Of a DNA stretch of 64,000 nt, positions 1 through 9,644 are shown piece by piece (position 1 is the stretch's first letter; the number at the start of each line of letters is the position of its first letter). The notes below the pieces were generated by a model that was not told where the DNA came from, searched no databases, and worked only from the letters and a program-made list of their open reading frames with translations. The stretch is taken from assembly GCA_965205975.1 (NCBI GenBank), contig OZ242195.1, positions 3,862,656-3,926,655 on the forward strand, given 5' to 3'. Source of the DNA: Candidatus Latescibacterota bacterium (GTDB lineage: Bacteria > Latescibacterota > UBA2968). A program made the position numbers and the translations under genes.

Positions 1-324
1 CGAAGCTATAACTGTCGGCACTTGATTTGCCGATCTATCGAACATAACACTGGCTGCTGGCGTTCCCGCAATCTCGACAACACTGCTGGCAGTCACGACT
101 GGATAGCGCCCATCGTACACAAGCACATCGCATTCACCAACCCGCATCTCCTTAAAACCCTCGGGAACCTCCGAACACCGAAAAAGATATGTATCGTCAC
201 CGTCATAAAAAACAAGAGGAACCGCGAGCGGATCAAAGCCCGGCCACAATTCACCCCGTGCGGCCAGACGCTCAATCTCACGCGCCAAATCTGACACATG
301 TCTCCTATCTTTGGGAACACACAT
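1..324 (-). CDS. 3'-partial hypothetical CDS; only its N-terminal 108 codons lie in the window and it runs off the window start; its start overlaps the queF stop in TGATG
   Basis: The minus-strand frame is open from the ATG at 324-322 to position 1 with no stop: MCVPKDRRHVSDLAREIERLAARGELWPGFDPLAVPLVFYDGDDTYLFRCSEVPEGFKEMRVGECDVL... Start and stop overlap (TGATG) with the upstream queF, which suggests translational coupling. It is not in the ORF track because it is incomplete. Confidence 0.4.
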   Translation of the reverse strand, partial: MCVPKDRRHVSDLAREIERLAARGELWPGFDPLAVPLVFYDGDDTYLFRCSEVPEGFKEMRVGECDVLVYDGRYPVVTASSVVEIAGTPAASVMFDRSANQVPTVIAS

Positions 325-686
325 CAGACAGATCCCTCCTCATCTACCCGCTGATACGACGCCGTAATCTCGTGATCTATGCCCCCGCGAATATTGAAAC
401 GGCTGATCACCTCCATCTCGACCGGATCGCACAGATCTACCAGATCGTTCAAAATCTGATTCGTCACAGGCTCCATATAAATCCCCTGATCTCGGAACGA
501 CCAGAAATAGTGCTTCAGCGACCGCAACTCCACGCACCGCGGACCGGGAACATACCAGATCACAATCGTCGCAAAATCCGGCTGCCCCGTCTTGGGACAC
601 AACGACGTAAACTCCGGAAACGTAAACTCAATCGTATAACGCCGTTCCGGATTCGGATTATCAAACGCCTCTAATAGTGGACTCAT
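324..686 (-). CDS. queF: NADPH-dependent 7-cyano-7-deazaguanine (preQ0) reductase QueF, type I (T-fold)
   Basis: 120 aa. The motifs [15 protein letters not shown] (catalytic Cys region) and [13 protein letters not shown] (QueF E(S/L)K(S/A)hK(L/Y)(Y/F/W) motif) match Bacillus-type QueF, for example [24 protein letters not shown]. Confidence 0.85.
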   Translation of the reverse strand: [120 protein letters not shown]

Positions 687-765
687 ACTTCATCCTTCAC
701 ACTTCACATCTTATCTGCGTTCATCTGCGAAAAACGCTCAAATTACTCGCGTTTTTTTCTGCGGA

Positions 766-1110
766 TCATACCTCATCCTCACGCTCATACGCCACAGACA
801 CCCGCGTCTCAATCCCACCACGCACTGTAAAATCACCCGTCACATCCAACGTCAGCGGATCGCACGCCGCTACAAAATCATCCACAATTTTATTCACCAC
901 ACCCTCGTAAAACACCTTCTCATCCCGAAACGACCCCAAATACCGCTTCAGCGACATCTGCTCCACACACACCTCTCCCGGCACATAAGAAATCGAAACC
1001 GTCGCAAAAATCGGCTGCCCCGTCACCGCGTACAGCGCCGTAAACTCCGACGACTCAAAATCAATCGTATAAACCCGCCCGCGCTCGGGATTTTTAACGC
1101 ACGCTAACAT
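766..1110 (-). CDS. QueF-like T-fold paralog lacking the catalytic cysteine
   Basis: 115 aa taking the internal ATG (M43 of ORF 766..1236). It aligns with queF across its length: FESSEFTALYAVTGQPIFATVSISYVPGE matches [29 protein letters not shown], and it keeps EQMSLKRYLGSFR. The catalytic Cys is replaced by Tyr and the CPK triad by YAV. Confidence 0.7.
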   Translation of the reverse strand: MLACVKNPERGRVYTIDFESSEFTALYAVTGQPIFATVSISYVPGEVCVEQMSLKRYLGSFRDEKVFYEGVVNKIVDDFVAACDPLTLDVTGDFTVRGGIETRVSVAYEREDEV

Positions 1111-1114
1111 AAAA

Positions 1115-2281
1115 TCACTCAAATGGCACCAGACTCGCGCCCACCGGATCGGGATTCGTGGGCCGAATCGGCATCTCCTCATAAGAACGATAAGATATAT
1201 CCAGATGCGGCGTCTCAACCCGTCTGTACCCCTCATACCGCGAATCTATCAACGCCTCCAGCGCACCTGAAATCAACAACGTGCGCTCAACCGGATACTG
1301 CGGCTTACCCGTCAAAAACATCTGCTGAATATTCAAACTCAAATAACTAAAATGCGCATGCGGATTATCCGGCAAAAAAACGCGCATATTATCCACCTCT
1401 CCCCCGCGCCGCGCCGCAAAACCCCACCCCCGCGTGTACCCATTCAACATAAACGTCGCCGCCCTCAACCCATCTGCATACGCCAACAAAAAAACAGCCG
1501 GATTCTCGCAGTGATCGCGCACATCGCCATCTTCTTTCGCCTCAATATGCGCTATCGCCGCCGCGTACAAATCCCTATCCCACGCATCCGACGCCCAGAC
1601 ATCATCCCCCTCCAAACACTGCACCGCCACAATCCCCGTCTCCCCGCCCGCGCGGCGCTCAACCATACACTGCAGCGTCTCCAGCGCGTGAAAACCATAA
1701 GAATCAAGCCCACCAAAAGCCACCGACACCGCCGTCTCAATCTCCGTATCCAGTTCATACTCAAGCCACGGCTTTCGCCATGCAAGCGGCAGAGACGACC
1801 CCGCCATAAACGGCACATCGAGTTCCCGCGCGCGATCGCACATCCACTTTGCATCGTGCCAATTATACGACAGATGCTTATCGCTAAACACCGGCACAGA
1901 CCGCCCAGACGAAGCAAACACCCCGCAAATCTGCTCAAAAAAATACTTCCGCGGATACATATGTTGCTCCTTCTCATTCCACGGATAATCGCCATGCTCG
2001 CCAATCAGCAACACCCCATCCACCGCCAGCTTATCACCGCCCAAAGTCAAAGCCTGGTTAATACTCCCATACATCGGCACACCGAATTCCTCGGCAATCG
2101 CGCACCCGATATCGTCTCTGTAATGCACCTGATCCAGATACATCGACACCACATCCACCTCTGGTGGAAGCAACCCGTCATCTGTCGGAAACCCCTTCAA
2201 AAACTTCGTCACAATCACATCGGCGTGTGACCGCGGAAAATACGACGTAATCACCGCTGCAATTTTCTTTCGCTCGGCCAT
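1115..2281 (-). CDS. hypothetical protein, 389 aa; its 3' end lies 5 nt upstream of the QueF-like paralog (likely co-transcribed)
   Basis: Long ORF. I take the ATG at M23 (MAERKKIAAVITSYFPRSHADV...), which has a GGAGGA RBS 6 nt upstream. I recognise no family. Confidence 0.5.
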   Translation of the reverse strand: MAERKKIAAVITSYFPRSHADVIVTKFLKGFPTDDGLLPPEVDVVSMYLDQVHYRDDIGCAIAEEFGVPMYGSINQALTLGGDKLAVDGVLLIGEHGDYPWNEKEQHMYPRKYFFEQICGVFASSGRSVPVFSDKHLSYNWHDAKWMCDRARELDVPFMAGSSLPLAWRKPWLEYELDTEIETAVSVAFGGLDSYGFHALETLQCMVERRAGGETGIVAVQCLEGDDVWASDAWDRDLYAAAIAHIEAKEDGDVRDHCENPAVFLLAYADGLRAATFMLNGYTRGWGFAARRGGEVDNMRVFLPDNPHAHFSYLSLNIQQMFLTGKPQYPVERTLLISGALEALIDSRYEGYRRVETPHLDISYRSYEEMPIRPTNPDPVGASLVPFE

Positions 2282-2357
2282 GGCTTTCCTCCAATTGTGT
2301 GTCTCGTTATATAATCGTAAATTATACCACAAGGAGTATAACAACAATAAAAAAAAC

Positions 2358-2446
2358 CACTGGATCGCGGCTCAAGCATGCCCCTGCATGGTTTAAGCAG
2401 GGGACCATGCCGCGATGACGGGCGAGGCATGCCTCGCCCCTACAAT
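2358..2446. repeat. composite palindromic intergenic repeat (modules B+D+A)
   Basis: CTGGATCGCGGC...GCCGCGATGAC outer stem enclosing the CCCCTGCATGGTTTAAGCAGGGG hairpin, followed by the perfect palindrome GGGCGAGGCATGCCTCGCCC and then CTACA. The same modules recur about 25 times in the window. Confidence 0.85.
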
Positions 2447-2550
2447 GGATAACTGAACACTGACCGCTAAATATTCTTACATCCTCACACCCAAAATTTG
2501 GTATCTTAAAGCGTCCAAAACGCACTTTAACCATTACCGGGAGGAATATC

Positions 2551-3156
2551 TTGACCGAAGTCAAAGCCACCAACATCGTCTGGCACGAAGGCCATGTCGC
2601 GCGCAAACAGCGCGAAGACCTGCTCGAACAAAAAGGCGCACTCATCTGGCTCACCGGACTGCCCAGCTCGGGCAAAAGCACGATAGCATTCACCACAGAA
2701 CACGCCCTGATTGAACGCGGGCGCATGGCCTACGTACTCGACGGCGACAACATCCGCCATGGACTCAACAAAAACCTCGGATTCTCAGCCGAAGACCGCG
2801 CCGAAAACATCCGCCGCATCGGCGAAGTCGGCAAACTCTTTGCCGACACCGGCATCATCACCCTATCCAGCTTTGTAAGCCCCTATCGCACCGACCGCGA
2901 CGGCGTGCGCGAACTCATGGAAGACAAAAACTTCATCGAAGTATTCATCAACACCCCCCTCGACGTATGTGAAGAACGCGACCCAAAGGGCCTGTACAAA
3001 AAAGCGCGCACAGGTGAAATACCCAACTTCACCGGCATCTCTGACCCCTATGAACCGCCTGAAAATCCCGAACTCGTCATACACACCGTTGACAGCACCC
3101 CACAAGAGGCCGCATTGCAAATCATCGCCCTGCTCGAAACGCGCGGAAACATATAG
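2551..3156 (+). CDS. cysC: adenylyl-sulfate (APS) kinase
   Basis: P-loop LTGLPSSGKST and the APS kinase motifs YVLDGDNIRHGLNKNLGF and SFVSPY. TTG start with a GGGAGGA RBS. Confidence 0.9.
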   Translation: MTEVKATNIVWHEGHVARKQREDLLEQKGALIWLTGLPSSGKSTIAFTTEHALIERGRMAYVLDGDNIRHGLNKNLGFSAEDRAENIRRIGEVGKLFADTGIITLSSFVSPYRTDRDGVRELMEDKNFIEVFINTPLDVCEERDPKGLYKKARTGEIPNFTGISDPYEPPENPELVIHTVDSTPQEAALQIIALLETRGNI

Positions 3157-3161
3157 ACGAC

Positions 3162-3821
3162 ATGCCCATCATCGACCTCACCATGCCCATTGCCGACCAC
3201 TTTCGCTGGCCTGTTGAGCGCAGCCTCAAAAGCAGTTTTGAAACCGGCGACATGGCGCAAGTGACCCACATGGGATGGGCTGTCCACGGATTTACGCACG
3301 TCGATGCGCCGTGCCACATGTTCCCGGAAGGACCCACCACCAGCGACACCGAACTCGACCAAATCGTGGGACAGGCCGCAGTCGTCGATCTCTCGGGCAT
3401 CGCGCCGGAAACGCCGATCACCGAAGCGCAGATTCGCGCTGCCGGACAGCACATACGGTCTGGAGACATCGTCGTCATGAAAACGCGGTGGGACGAAATA
3501 GAATCGCATCAAACCCCCGAATTCTGGACCCGCGCGCCCTACATGTCGCGCCCCGCCGCAAAGTGGCTGCGCGCGCAAAACATCCGCGCCATAGCATTTG
3601 ACTTTCCGCAAGACTATCCCATACGCCAGTTGCTCAGTGGCGAGAGAGCACCCCTTTCCGAATTTGTAACCCACGACATCCTCTTGCGCGATGGCATCAT
3701 CCTCATCGAATACATCTGCAACACGGGCAGGATAGCTGCGGACCGCGTATCGTTCTTCGCCCTGCCCTTAAAAATCCCCGAAGCCGACGGCGCACCGGCT
3801 CGCGTCATCGCAATTCAATAA
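3162..3821 (+). CDS. cyclase family protein (kynurenine formamidase-like)
   Basis: HMGWAVHGFTHVDAPCHM is the cyclase-family HxGTHxDxPxH motif. About 219 aa. Confidence 0.75.
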   Translation: MPIIDLTMPIADHFRWPVERSLKSSFETGDMAQVTHMGWAVHGFTHVDAPCHMFPEGPTTSDTELDQIVGQAAVVDLSGIAPETPITEAQIRAAGQHIRSGDIVVMKTRWDEIESHQTPEFWTRAPYMSRPAAKWLRAQNIRAIAFDFPQDYPIRQLLSGERAPLSEFVTHDILLRDGIILIEYICNTGRIAADRVSFFALPLKIPEADGAPARVIAIQ

Positions 3822-3837
3822 CCCCTGGAAAATCACC

Positions 3838-5202
3838 ATGATCTACCACCAACTCTTCTCCCAAATTGACCGCACCGTACGCGTTGGCGTCATCGGCACC
3901 GGACACTACGCCACAGCCCTCATCACACAATCGCGCGTCGTCGATCAACTCCACGTACCCGTCGTCTGTGACACAAACCCTGACGCAGCCCAAAATGCAT
4001 ATCATCACGCCGGCCTGGACACCGACAAAACCATCATAGCCGACACCACCCAACAGGCAGCCAAAGCCATAGAACAGGGCAAACACGTCATCCTCACCGA
4101 CGCCATGCAAATGATGGACCTGCCCCTCGACGTCATCGTAGAATCCACGGGCGTCCCGAGTGCAGGCGCAAAACACGGCATAGAAGCCATACGACACGGC
4201 AAACACGTCGCCATGGTATCCAAAGAAACCGACGTCACCGTCGGACCCATCCTCAAACACCTCGCAGACAAAGCCGGACTCGTCTATACCGCTGTTGACG
4301 GCGACCAGCACGGCCTGCTCATGGGCCTTGTGCAATGGGCGCGCGGCCTGGGCCTCGAAGTACTCTGCGGAGGCAAATCACTGGACTCTGACCGCGTTTA
4401 CGACCCACAGACCAACGCCATCGTCTGGTCCAAAGGCAAAATCCAGATCCCCGACGAACAGATATTCTCCACCCAAAATCCCTCGGCCTACATCGCACAA
4501 CGCCGTCAAATCATGGGCGAACTCGGCGCCATCGCCGGTTACGACATCACCGAACTCACCATCGCCGCCAATGCCACCGGTCTCATCCCCGATATAGACA
4601 CCCTGCACACACCCGTAGTCCGCACCGTTGAAATACCCGAAGTCCTCGCACCCAGAGAAGACGGCGGCATCTTATCCCACCGCGGCGTCATCGACTGCGT
4701 CTCCTGCCTGCGCCAGGCAAATGAACCCGGCCTTGGCGGCGGCGTCTTCATCGTCATCGCCTGTGAAAACGCCTACTCCCGCCACATCCTCACCACCAAA
4801 GGACTCATCCCCAACAAAAAAGGCACCACAGCCCTCATCTACCGCCCCTATCACCTCTGCGGCGTTGAAACACCCATCACAACACTCGTCGCCGGCCTCT
4901 TAAACCTGCCCACGGGCACGACCGACTACCACCCATCCTTTGACGTTGTAGGCCGCGCAAAAGAACACCTCAAAGCCGGTGATCGGATCGGCAACGACCA
5001 CAGCAAAAACATCGAATACCTCATGCGCCCCGCGCTACCCGTCGCGCCCGACAACCCCCTCCCCTACCACATGGCCAACGGCAATACCCTCAGCCGGGAC
5101 ATCCCCGCTGGCACCTTCATCACAGCAAGCGCGATACAACCCAAAGACAACGACCCCCTCTGGACGCTTCGCAAAGAACAGGACGCGCATTTTCTAAAAT
5201 AA
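3838..5202 (+). CDS. NAD(P)-binding oxidoreductase, homoserine-dehydrogenase-like with a C-terminal SAF-like region (COG4091-type)
   Basis: N-terminal Rossmann motif VGVIGTGHYAT and a 454-aa architecture typical of predicted homoserine-dehydrogenase-like proteins. The family assignment is tentative. Confidence 0.5.
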   Translation: MIYHQLFSQIDRTVRVGVIGTGHYATALITQSRVVDQLHVPVVCDTNPDAAQNAYHHAGLDTDKTIIADTTQQAAKAIEQGKHVILTDAMQMMDLPLDVIVESTGVPSAGAKHGIEAIRHGKHVAMVSKETDVTVGPILKHLADKAGLVYTAVDGDQHGLLMGLVQWARGLGLEVLCGGKSLDSDRVYDPQTNAIVWSKGKIQIPDEQIFSTQNPSAYIAQRRQIMGELGAIAGYDITELTIAANATGLIPDIDTLHTPVVRTVEIPEVLAPREDGGILSHRGVIDCVSCLRQANEPGLGGGVFIVIACENAYSRHILTTKGLIPNKKGTTALIYRPYHLCGVETPITTLVAGLLNLPTGTTDYHPSFDVVGRAKEHLKAGDRIGNDHSKNIEYLMRPALPVAPDNPLPYHMANGNTLSRDIPAGTFITASAIQPKDNDPLWTLRKEQDAHFLK

Positions 5203-5243
5203 AAAAAACCGAGTACATCTTTGCAATGTACTCGGTTTTTCTC
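5201..5243. terminator. bidirectional Rho-independent terminator
   Basis: An A-tract, then the CCGAGTACAT / ATGTACTCGG stem, then TTTTTCTC. It sits between convergent genes (3838..5202 + and 5262..5849 -). Confidence 0.8.
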
Positions 5244-5261
5244 TAAATATTATCGACCTAC

Positions 5262-5849
5262 TCACCAAATCTCATCCAAATCCAGTTCAAATCCCCGCAA
5301 AACGGGATCGCCAGAAATGCGCGAAGGCTGCTCCAACTCCTCTATGGGCAAGCCAGCGCGATACACATAAACGCGCCGTGCATAAGGATCGATCAACCAC
5401 CCCAAACTAAGGCCATTATCGAGATATTCCCGCATCTTTTCCTGCAATGGAGCCAACTGATCACTTTCCGACCGCAATTCAATGACAAAATCGGGACATA
5501 ATGGAACAAACTTGCGTCGGTCTTCTGAAGACAATGCCATCAGCCGCGTATATTCAATCCACGCGGCATCGGGCGACCGCACCGCCCCATTGGGCAACTG
5601 AAACCCACCTGACGAATCAAAACTCGCACCCGTACCATCCCCTTTTGCCCAAAACCGCAACTGCATAGTAATCTCTGCATTGCGCTCGCTCGTCTCACCC
5701 CCCGCTGGTGGCATAATAATCACATCTCCCTGCGCATTGCGCTCAATGCAAACATCGCGATTGAGTTGGCAAAACGCATAAAAATCCTCATCACTCACCT
5801 CGATCACCGGCTGAAAATGCAAGACAGTTTCCATCTTTGCAATCTCCAT
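5262..5849 (-). CDS. Uma2-family (DUF820) putative restriction-endonuclease-fold protein
   Basis: 195 aa with a typical Uma2 signature (FYAFCQLNRDVCIERNAQGDVIIMPPAGGETSERNAEI). Confidence 0.7.
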   Translation of the reverse strand: MEIAKMETVLHFQPVIEVSDEDFYAFCQLNRDVCIERNAQGDVIIMPPAGGETSERNAEITMQLRFWAKGDGTGASFDSSGGFQLPNGAVRSPDAAWIEYTRLMALSSEDRRKFVPLCPDFVIELRSESDQLAPLQEKMREYLDNGLSLGWLIDPYARRVYVYRAGLPIEELEQPSRISGDPVLRGFELDLDEIW

Positions 5850-8530
5850 TATTGATCCTTCAAAAAACCCCGCAACACCGTATGCAAAATCCCCCCATTG
5901 CGATAATAATCGATCTCCACAGGCGTATCGATACGCACCGTTGCAGAAAACGACTTCACATTCCCATCCTCATCCGTCGCCGTCACCGTCACATCTTGCA
6001 AAGGCTGCAAATCATCGCTCAGCCCGGTAATGTCATACACCTCCCGCCCCGTAAGCCCCAGCGACTCGGCATTCTCCCCATCCACAAACTCCAGCGGCAA
6101 CACCCCCATACCCACCAGATTGCTGCGGTGAATGCGTTCAAAACTCTCCACAAGCACTGCGCGCACACCCAAAAGTAACGGACCCTTAGCCGCCCAATCG
6201 CGCGACGACCCCGAACCGTACTCCGCGCCCGCAATCACAATCGTCGGCACGCCCTCATCCACATACCGCATCGCCGCATCGTAAATACTCATCTGTTCAC
6301 CCGAAGGCAGATGCACCGTCACGCCGCCCTCTGTCCCTGGCGCCAGCGAATTGCGAATGCGAATATTCGCAAACGTACCCCGCATCATCACCTCGTGATT
6401 GCCCCGCCGCGAACCATAAGAATTGAAATCCTTTGGCTCAACCCCCTTTGAAATCAAAAACTGCCCCGCCGGACTATCCACCGCAATCGAACCCGCCGGA
6501 GAAATATGATCCGTCGTCACCGAATCGCCCAACCGCGCCAACACCCGCGCACCTCTAATATCTGTAATCGCGTCTAACTCCGGCGACAAATCCACAAAAA
6601 ACGGCGGCTCCTGCACATAAGTACTCTCCGCCTGCCACCCATAGAGATCTCCTTCTTGCCCGCCAACCGCATTCCACATCTCATTGCCTTCAAACACATT
6701 GCCGTAGCGCGCCTCAAACATATCCGGTTTGAGCGCCCTTGCAATCGTATCACCGATCTCATCCTGACTGGGCCAGAGATCGCGCAAAAACACCGCATTG
6801 CCATCCCCATCCAGCCCTATCGGCTCCGCAGTCAAATCCAAATCCACCCGCCCCGCCAGAGCATAAGCCACAACCAGCGGTGGCGACGCCAGATAATTCG
6901 CCTTCACATGCGGATGCACACGACCTTCAAAGTTGCGATTGCCACTCAACACCGACGCCGCCACCAGATCATCCTCGTGAATCGCGGCAACCACCGGATC
7001 GGGCAACGGCCCGCTATTTCCGATACACGTCGTACAACCATAACCCACCGTATGAAACCCGAGTTGCTCCAAATACGGCGTCAAACCCGCCTGATCGAGA
7101 TAATCCGACACCACGCGCGAACCCGGCGCCAGACTCGTCTTGACATGTGCGTGGACCTTCAAGCCCTTTTCCACCGCCTTCTTCGCCAACAAACCAGCGG
7201 CCACCATCACAGAGGGATTGCTCGTATTGGTACAACTCGTAATCGCCGCAATCACCACTGCCCCGTGCCCCAGCACGCCATTCATCCTCTTTTGAACCTC
7301 ATCATCATCCAGCCCAAAACCACTATTGCCCACCGGTGCGCGCAACGCGCCTTCAAACGCATCCTTCATCTGCTCCAGTGCAATGCGATCCTGCGGGCGT
7401 TTTGGACCCGCCAAGCTCGGCTCCACCGTACTCAAATCCAGTTCAAGCGTATCCGTAAACTGCGGCTCCGGCGTATCATCCGTTCGGAACAACCCCTGCT
7501 CCTTCGCGTACCGCTCAACCACATCCACCTCCGCCGCCGTGCGACCCGTGCGCGCCAAATAACGCAACGTCTCATCATCCACCGGGAAAAACCCCATCGT
7601 CGCCCCGTATTCCGGCGCCATATTGGCAATCGTCGCGCGATCAGCCAGCCCAATACCCGTCAACCCCGTACCGTAAAACTCGACAAACTTATCCACCACG
7701 CCCTTCTCGCGCAACATCTGAACCACCGTCAACGTCAAATCCGTCGCCGTCGTACCCTCGGGCAACTGCCCATCCAACTTGAACCCGACAACCTCGGGCG
7801 TCAGCATATAAATCGGCTGCCCCAGCATCACCGCCTCTGCCTCAATACCCCCCACACCCCAGCCCACCACACCCAGACCATTAATCATCGTCGTATGTGA
7901 ATCTGCCCCCACCAGACTATCGGGAAAAGCCACCCCATCCCGGGCAATAACCCCCTTTGCCAGATACTCGAGATTGACCTGATGCACAATACCCGTCAGC
8001 GGCGGCACCACCCTGAAACGCTCAAACGCATTGGCACCCCAGCGCAAAAACTCATACCGCTCCCGATTGCGATCAAACTCAATCTCTGCATTTCTGCGCA
8101 ACGCATCCGAATTTGCAAAACTATCCACCTGTACCGAATGATCCACCACCAGATCCACCGGAATCAACGGCTCAACGCGACTTGCATCGCCTCCCATACG
8201 CCCCATAGCCGAACGCAACGCCGCCAGATCCACCAGCGAAGGCACACCCGTAAAATCCTGCAACACAACCCGTGCAGGCTTAAACGGTATCTCTATCGGA
8301 TTGGGATCCGCCGCATTCCAATTCGCCAGCGTCCCCACATCTTCTTCGCGCACCTGATACCCATCCAAATTTCGCAGCGCCGCCTCGAGCAGCACCCGCA
8401 CGGAAAACGGCAAAGTCGATACTGCCCCAACCCCATCAACCTCCAACCGATCCAGCCGAAAAATTGCGAGATCACCCGCCATAGTAGAAAGTGTATCGCG
8501 CGAATTCAAAGGATTATGCGTTTGACTCAT
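5849..8530 (-). CDS. acnA: aconitate hydratase A
   Basis: 893 aa. Fe-S ligand regions ([20 protein letters not shown]) and aconitase family residues are present throughout. Confidence 0.95.
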   Translation of the reverse strand: MSQTHNPLNSRDTLSTMAGDLAIFRLDRLEVDGVGAVSTLPFSVRVLLEAALRNLDGYQVREEDVGTLANWNAADPNPIEIPFKPARVVLQDFTGVPSLVDLAALRSAMGRMGGDASRVEPLIPVDLVVDHSVQVDSFANSDALRRNAEIEFDRNRERYEFLRWGANAFERFRVVPPLTGIVHQVNLEYLAKGVIARDGVAFPDSLVGADSHTTMINGLGVVGWGVGGIEAEAVMLGQPIYMLTPEVVGFKLDGQLPEGTTATDLTLTVVQMLREKGVVDKFVEFYGTGLTGIGLADRATIANMAPEYGATMGFFPVDDETLRYLARTGRTAAEVDVVERYAKEQGLFRTDDTPEPQFTDTLELDLSTVEPSLAGPKRPQDRIALEQMKDAFEGALRAPVGNSGFGLDDDEVQKRMNGVLGHGAVVIAAITSCTNTSNPSVMVAAGLLAKKAVEKGLKVHAHVKTSLAPGSRVVSDYLDQAGLTPYLEQLGFHTVGYGCTTCIGNSGPLPDPVVAAIHEDDLVAASVLSGNRNFEGRVHPHVKANYLASPPLVVAYALAGRVDLDLTAEPIGLDGDGNAVFLRDLWPSQDEIGDTIARALKPDMFEARYGNVFEGNEMWNAVGGQEGDLYGWQAESTYVQEPPFFVDLSPELDAITDIRGARVLARLGDSVTTDHISPAGSIAVDSPAGQFLISKGVEPKDFNSYGSRRGNHEVMMRGTFANIRIRNSLAPGTEGGVTVHLPSGEQMSIYDAAMRYVDEGVPTIVIAGAEYGSGSSRDWAAKGPLLLGVRAVLVESFERIHRSNLVGMGVLPLEFVDGENAESLGLTGREVYDITGLSDDLQPLQDVTVTATDEDGNVKSFSATVRIDTPVEIDYYRNGGILHTVLRGFLKDQ

Positions 8531-8693
8531 AAACTGATTCCTCTTTTGATGTTATTCATTATCCAGATCGTACCGCTCTTTATACGCCATAAAAATACCC
8601 CCTATTAGTGGTTAATTAACAAGAGGTGATATACCAAATCTATGCGTATAAGTCAATAAAATCAACAAATTATTTGAATATCAAGCTTCAATG

Positions 8694-8927
8694 TCATGGA
8701 TCGCAAATAGGACGTTCTTTGTAATTGGGTGGCTCTCGAAAACCGCCCATAGCAACCTTACAAATCGGGAGAGACCCATCATCTTGAAGTATTCTAATCC
8801 TCTCTAAACAGAGTTCTTTAGAAGTATTGTCATATGGAGAAATTTTTAGAGGTCCTCCAGTTCTATGTAAAATCCAATACCACTTATCCATGTAATCATA
8901 GAAGTATATCGCTATGAATTCCAGCAT
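8694..8927 (-). CDS. hypothetical small protein in an AT-rich islet
   Basis: 77-aa ORF in a low-GC segment (about 8560-9520). No family recognised. Confidence 0.3.
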   Translation of the reverse strand: MLEFIAIYFYDYMDKWYWILHRTGGPLKISPYDNTSKELCLERIRILQDDGSLPICKVAMGGFREPPNYKERPICDP

Positions 8928-8942
8928 CTCTAACCTCCTTAT

Positions 8943-9161
8943 CTAAGGAAGCCACTTAATAAGTGCAACAATAACAGCAAGACCTCCAAATATCACTGTG
9001 AGCATCCATTTAGCGGAAATATCCATACGACTTGTCAGCTCACTTCGCATCTCTTTTATATCTTCCCGAATGCCTGAAACTTGCTCCTTGATGATCTCAA
9101 CATTGATCTCTACATCTCTTTCCAATTTAGTTAATCGGTGTTCTACCTCTTGATCATTCAT
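8943..9161 (-). CDS. small coiled-coil protein with a C-terminal TM helix (XhlA/hemolysin-like architecture)
   Basis: 72 aa. Heptad-rich N-terminus (LTKLERDVEINVEIIKEQVSGIREDIKEM) followed by the TM segment WMLTVIFGGLAVIVALI. It has the same architecture as ORFs 51408..51671 and 57490..57774. Confidence 0.5.
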   Translation of the reverse strand: MNDQEVEHRLTKLERDVEINVEIIKEQVSGIREDIKEMRSELTSRMDISAKWMLTVIFGGLAVIVALIKWLP

Positions 9162-9303
9162 TTGTTACTCCCCTTAGTGTGAAAAAGGTGCTGAATTATA
9201 TAAGGTAACGAAACCATTATACACTGTCAACACCTCCAACATCTTTAACCTATCTGACCGATAAAGGTTACTAAAGTATATCGTTCCCGTCGGATGATCG
9301 TCT

Positions 9304-9432
9304 TCAACGTACGCGCTCAAAGGCGGTATCATCTTCAGCAATGGTCTCTTCTTCTGTCCGGGATTCGACATGGTCAATGACCTCCTGGACGCGCTTCTGA
9401 TTCCAACCCTCGGGATATTTATTTTTATCCAT
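9304..9432 (-). CDS. small ORF (42 aa) with a conserved acidic C-terminus; possible TA-associated small protein
   Basis: MDKNKYPEGWNQKRVQEVIDHVESRTEEETIAEDDTAFERVR. It is not in the ORF track because it is under 60 aa. I prefer it over the overlapping 9174..9377 ORF, whose sequence is low-complexity. Confidence 0.3.
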   Translation of the reverse strand: MDKNKYPEGWNQKRVQEVIDHVESRTEEETIAEDDTAFERVR

Positions 9433-9644
9433 AGTTAAAGAAAAATACCACAACAACCCGTATTTTCAAACTCTTTTTGTACGCTTCGCACTTGATTGGA
9501 TTGGGAAGAATATATATTTTCTCTCGTTGCAGATTGTAAGGGCGAGGCATGCCTCGCCCCTACGGTTGCTTCACACTTCACGGACCCTCTTTTTTATTTG
9601 CATTCATCTGCGTTCATCTGCGTTCATCTGCGGATCACACTTCC

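Noticed and set aside
6656-7900. 414-aa plus-strand ORF, and other long ORFs antisense to acnA, dctM, dop/pafA, mpa and the giant adhesin genes (e.g. 1352..2230, 9527..10261, 20043..20828, 34385..35719, 36547..37563, 40940..42247, 43598..44626, 48933..49841).
   Set aside because: They lie entirely inside well-supported genes on the opposite strand. Their products are low-complexity Arg/Pro/His-rich sequences typical of antisense frames in GC-biased coding DNA. No family signal.
9174-9377. 67-aa minus-strand ORF in the AT-rich islet.
   Set aside because: It overlaps the more convincing 42-aa ORF (9304-9432), which carries a conserved acidic C-terminal motif. The 67-aa product is low-complexity and lacks an RBS.
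8560-9520. Prophage remnant suggested by the XhlA-like hemolysin-type small protein.
   Set aside because: No integrase, capsid, terminase or other phage genes are present. Only small ORFs in an AT-rich islet. I treated it as a compositional islet only.
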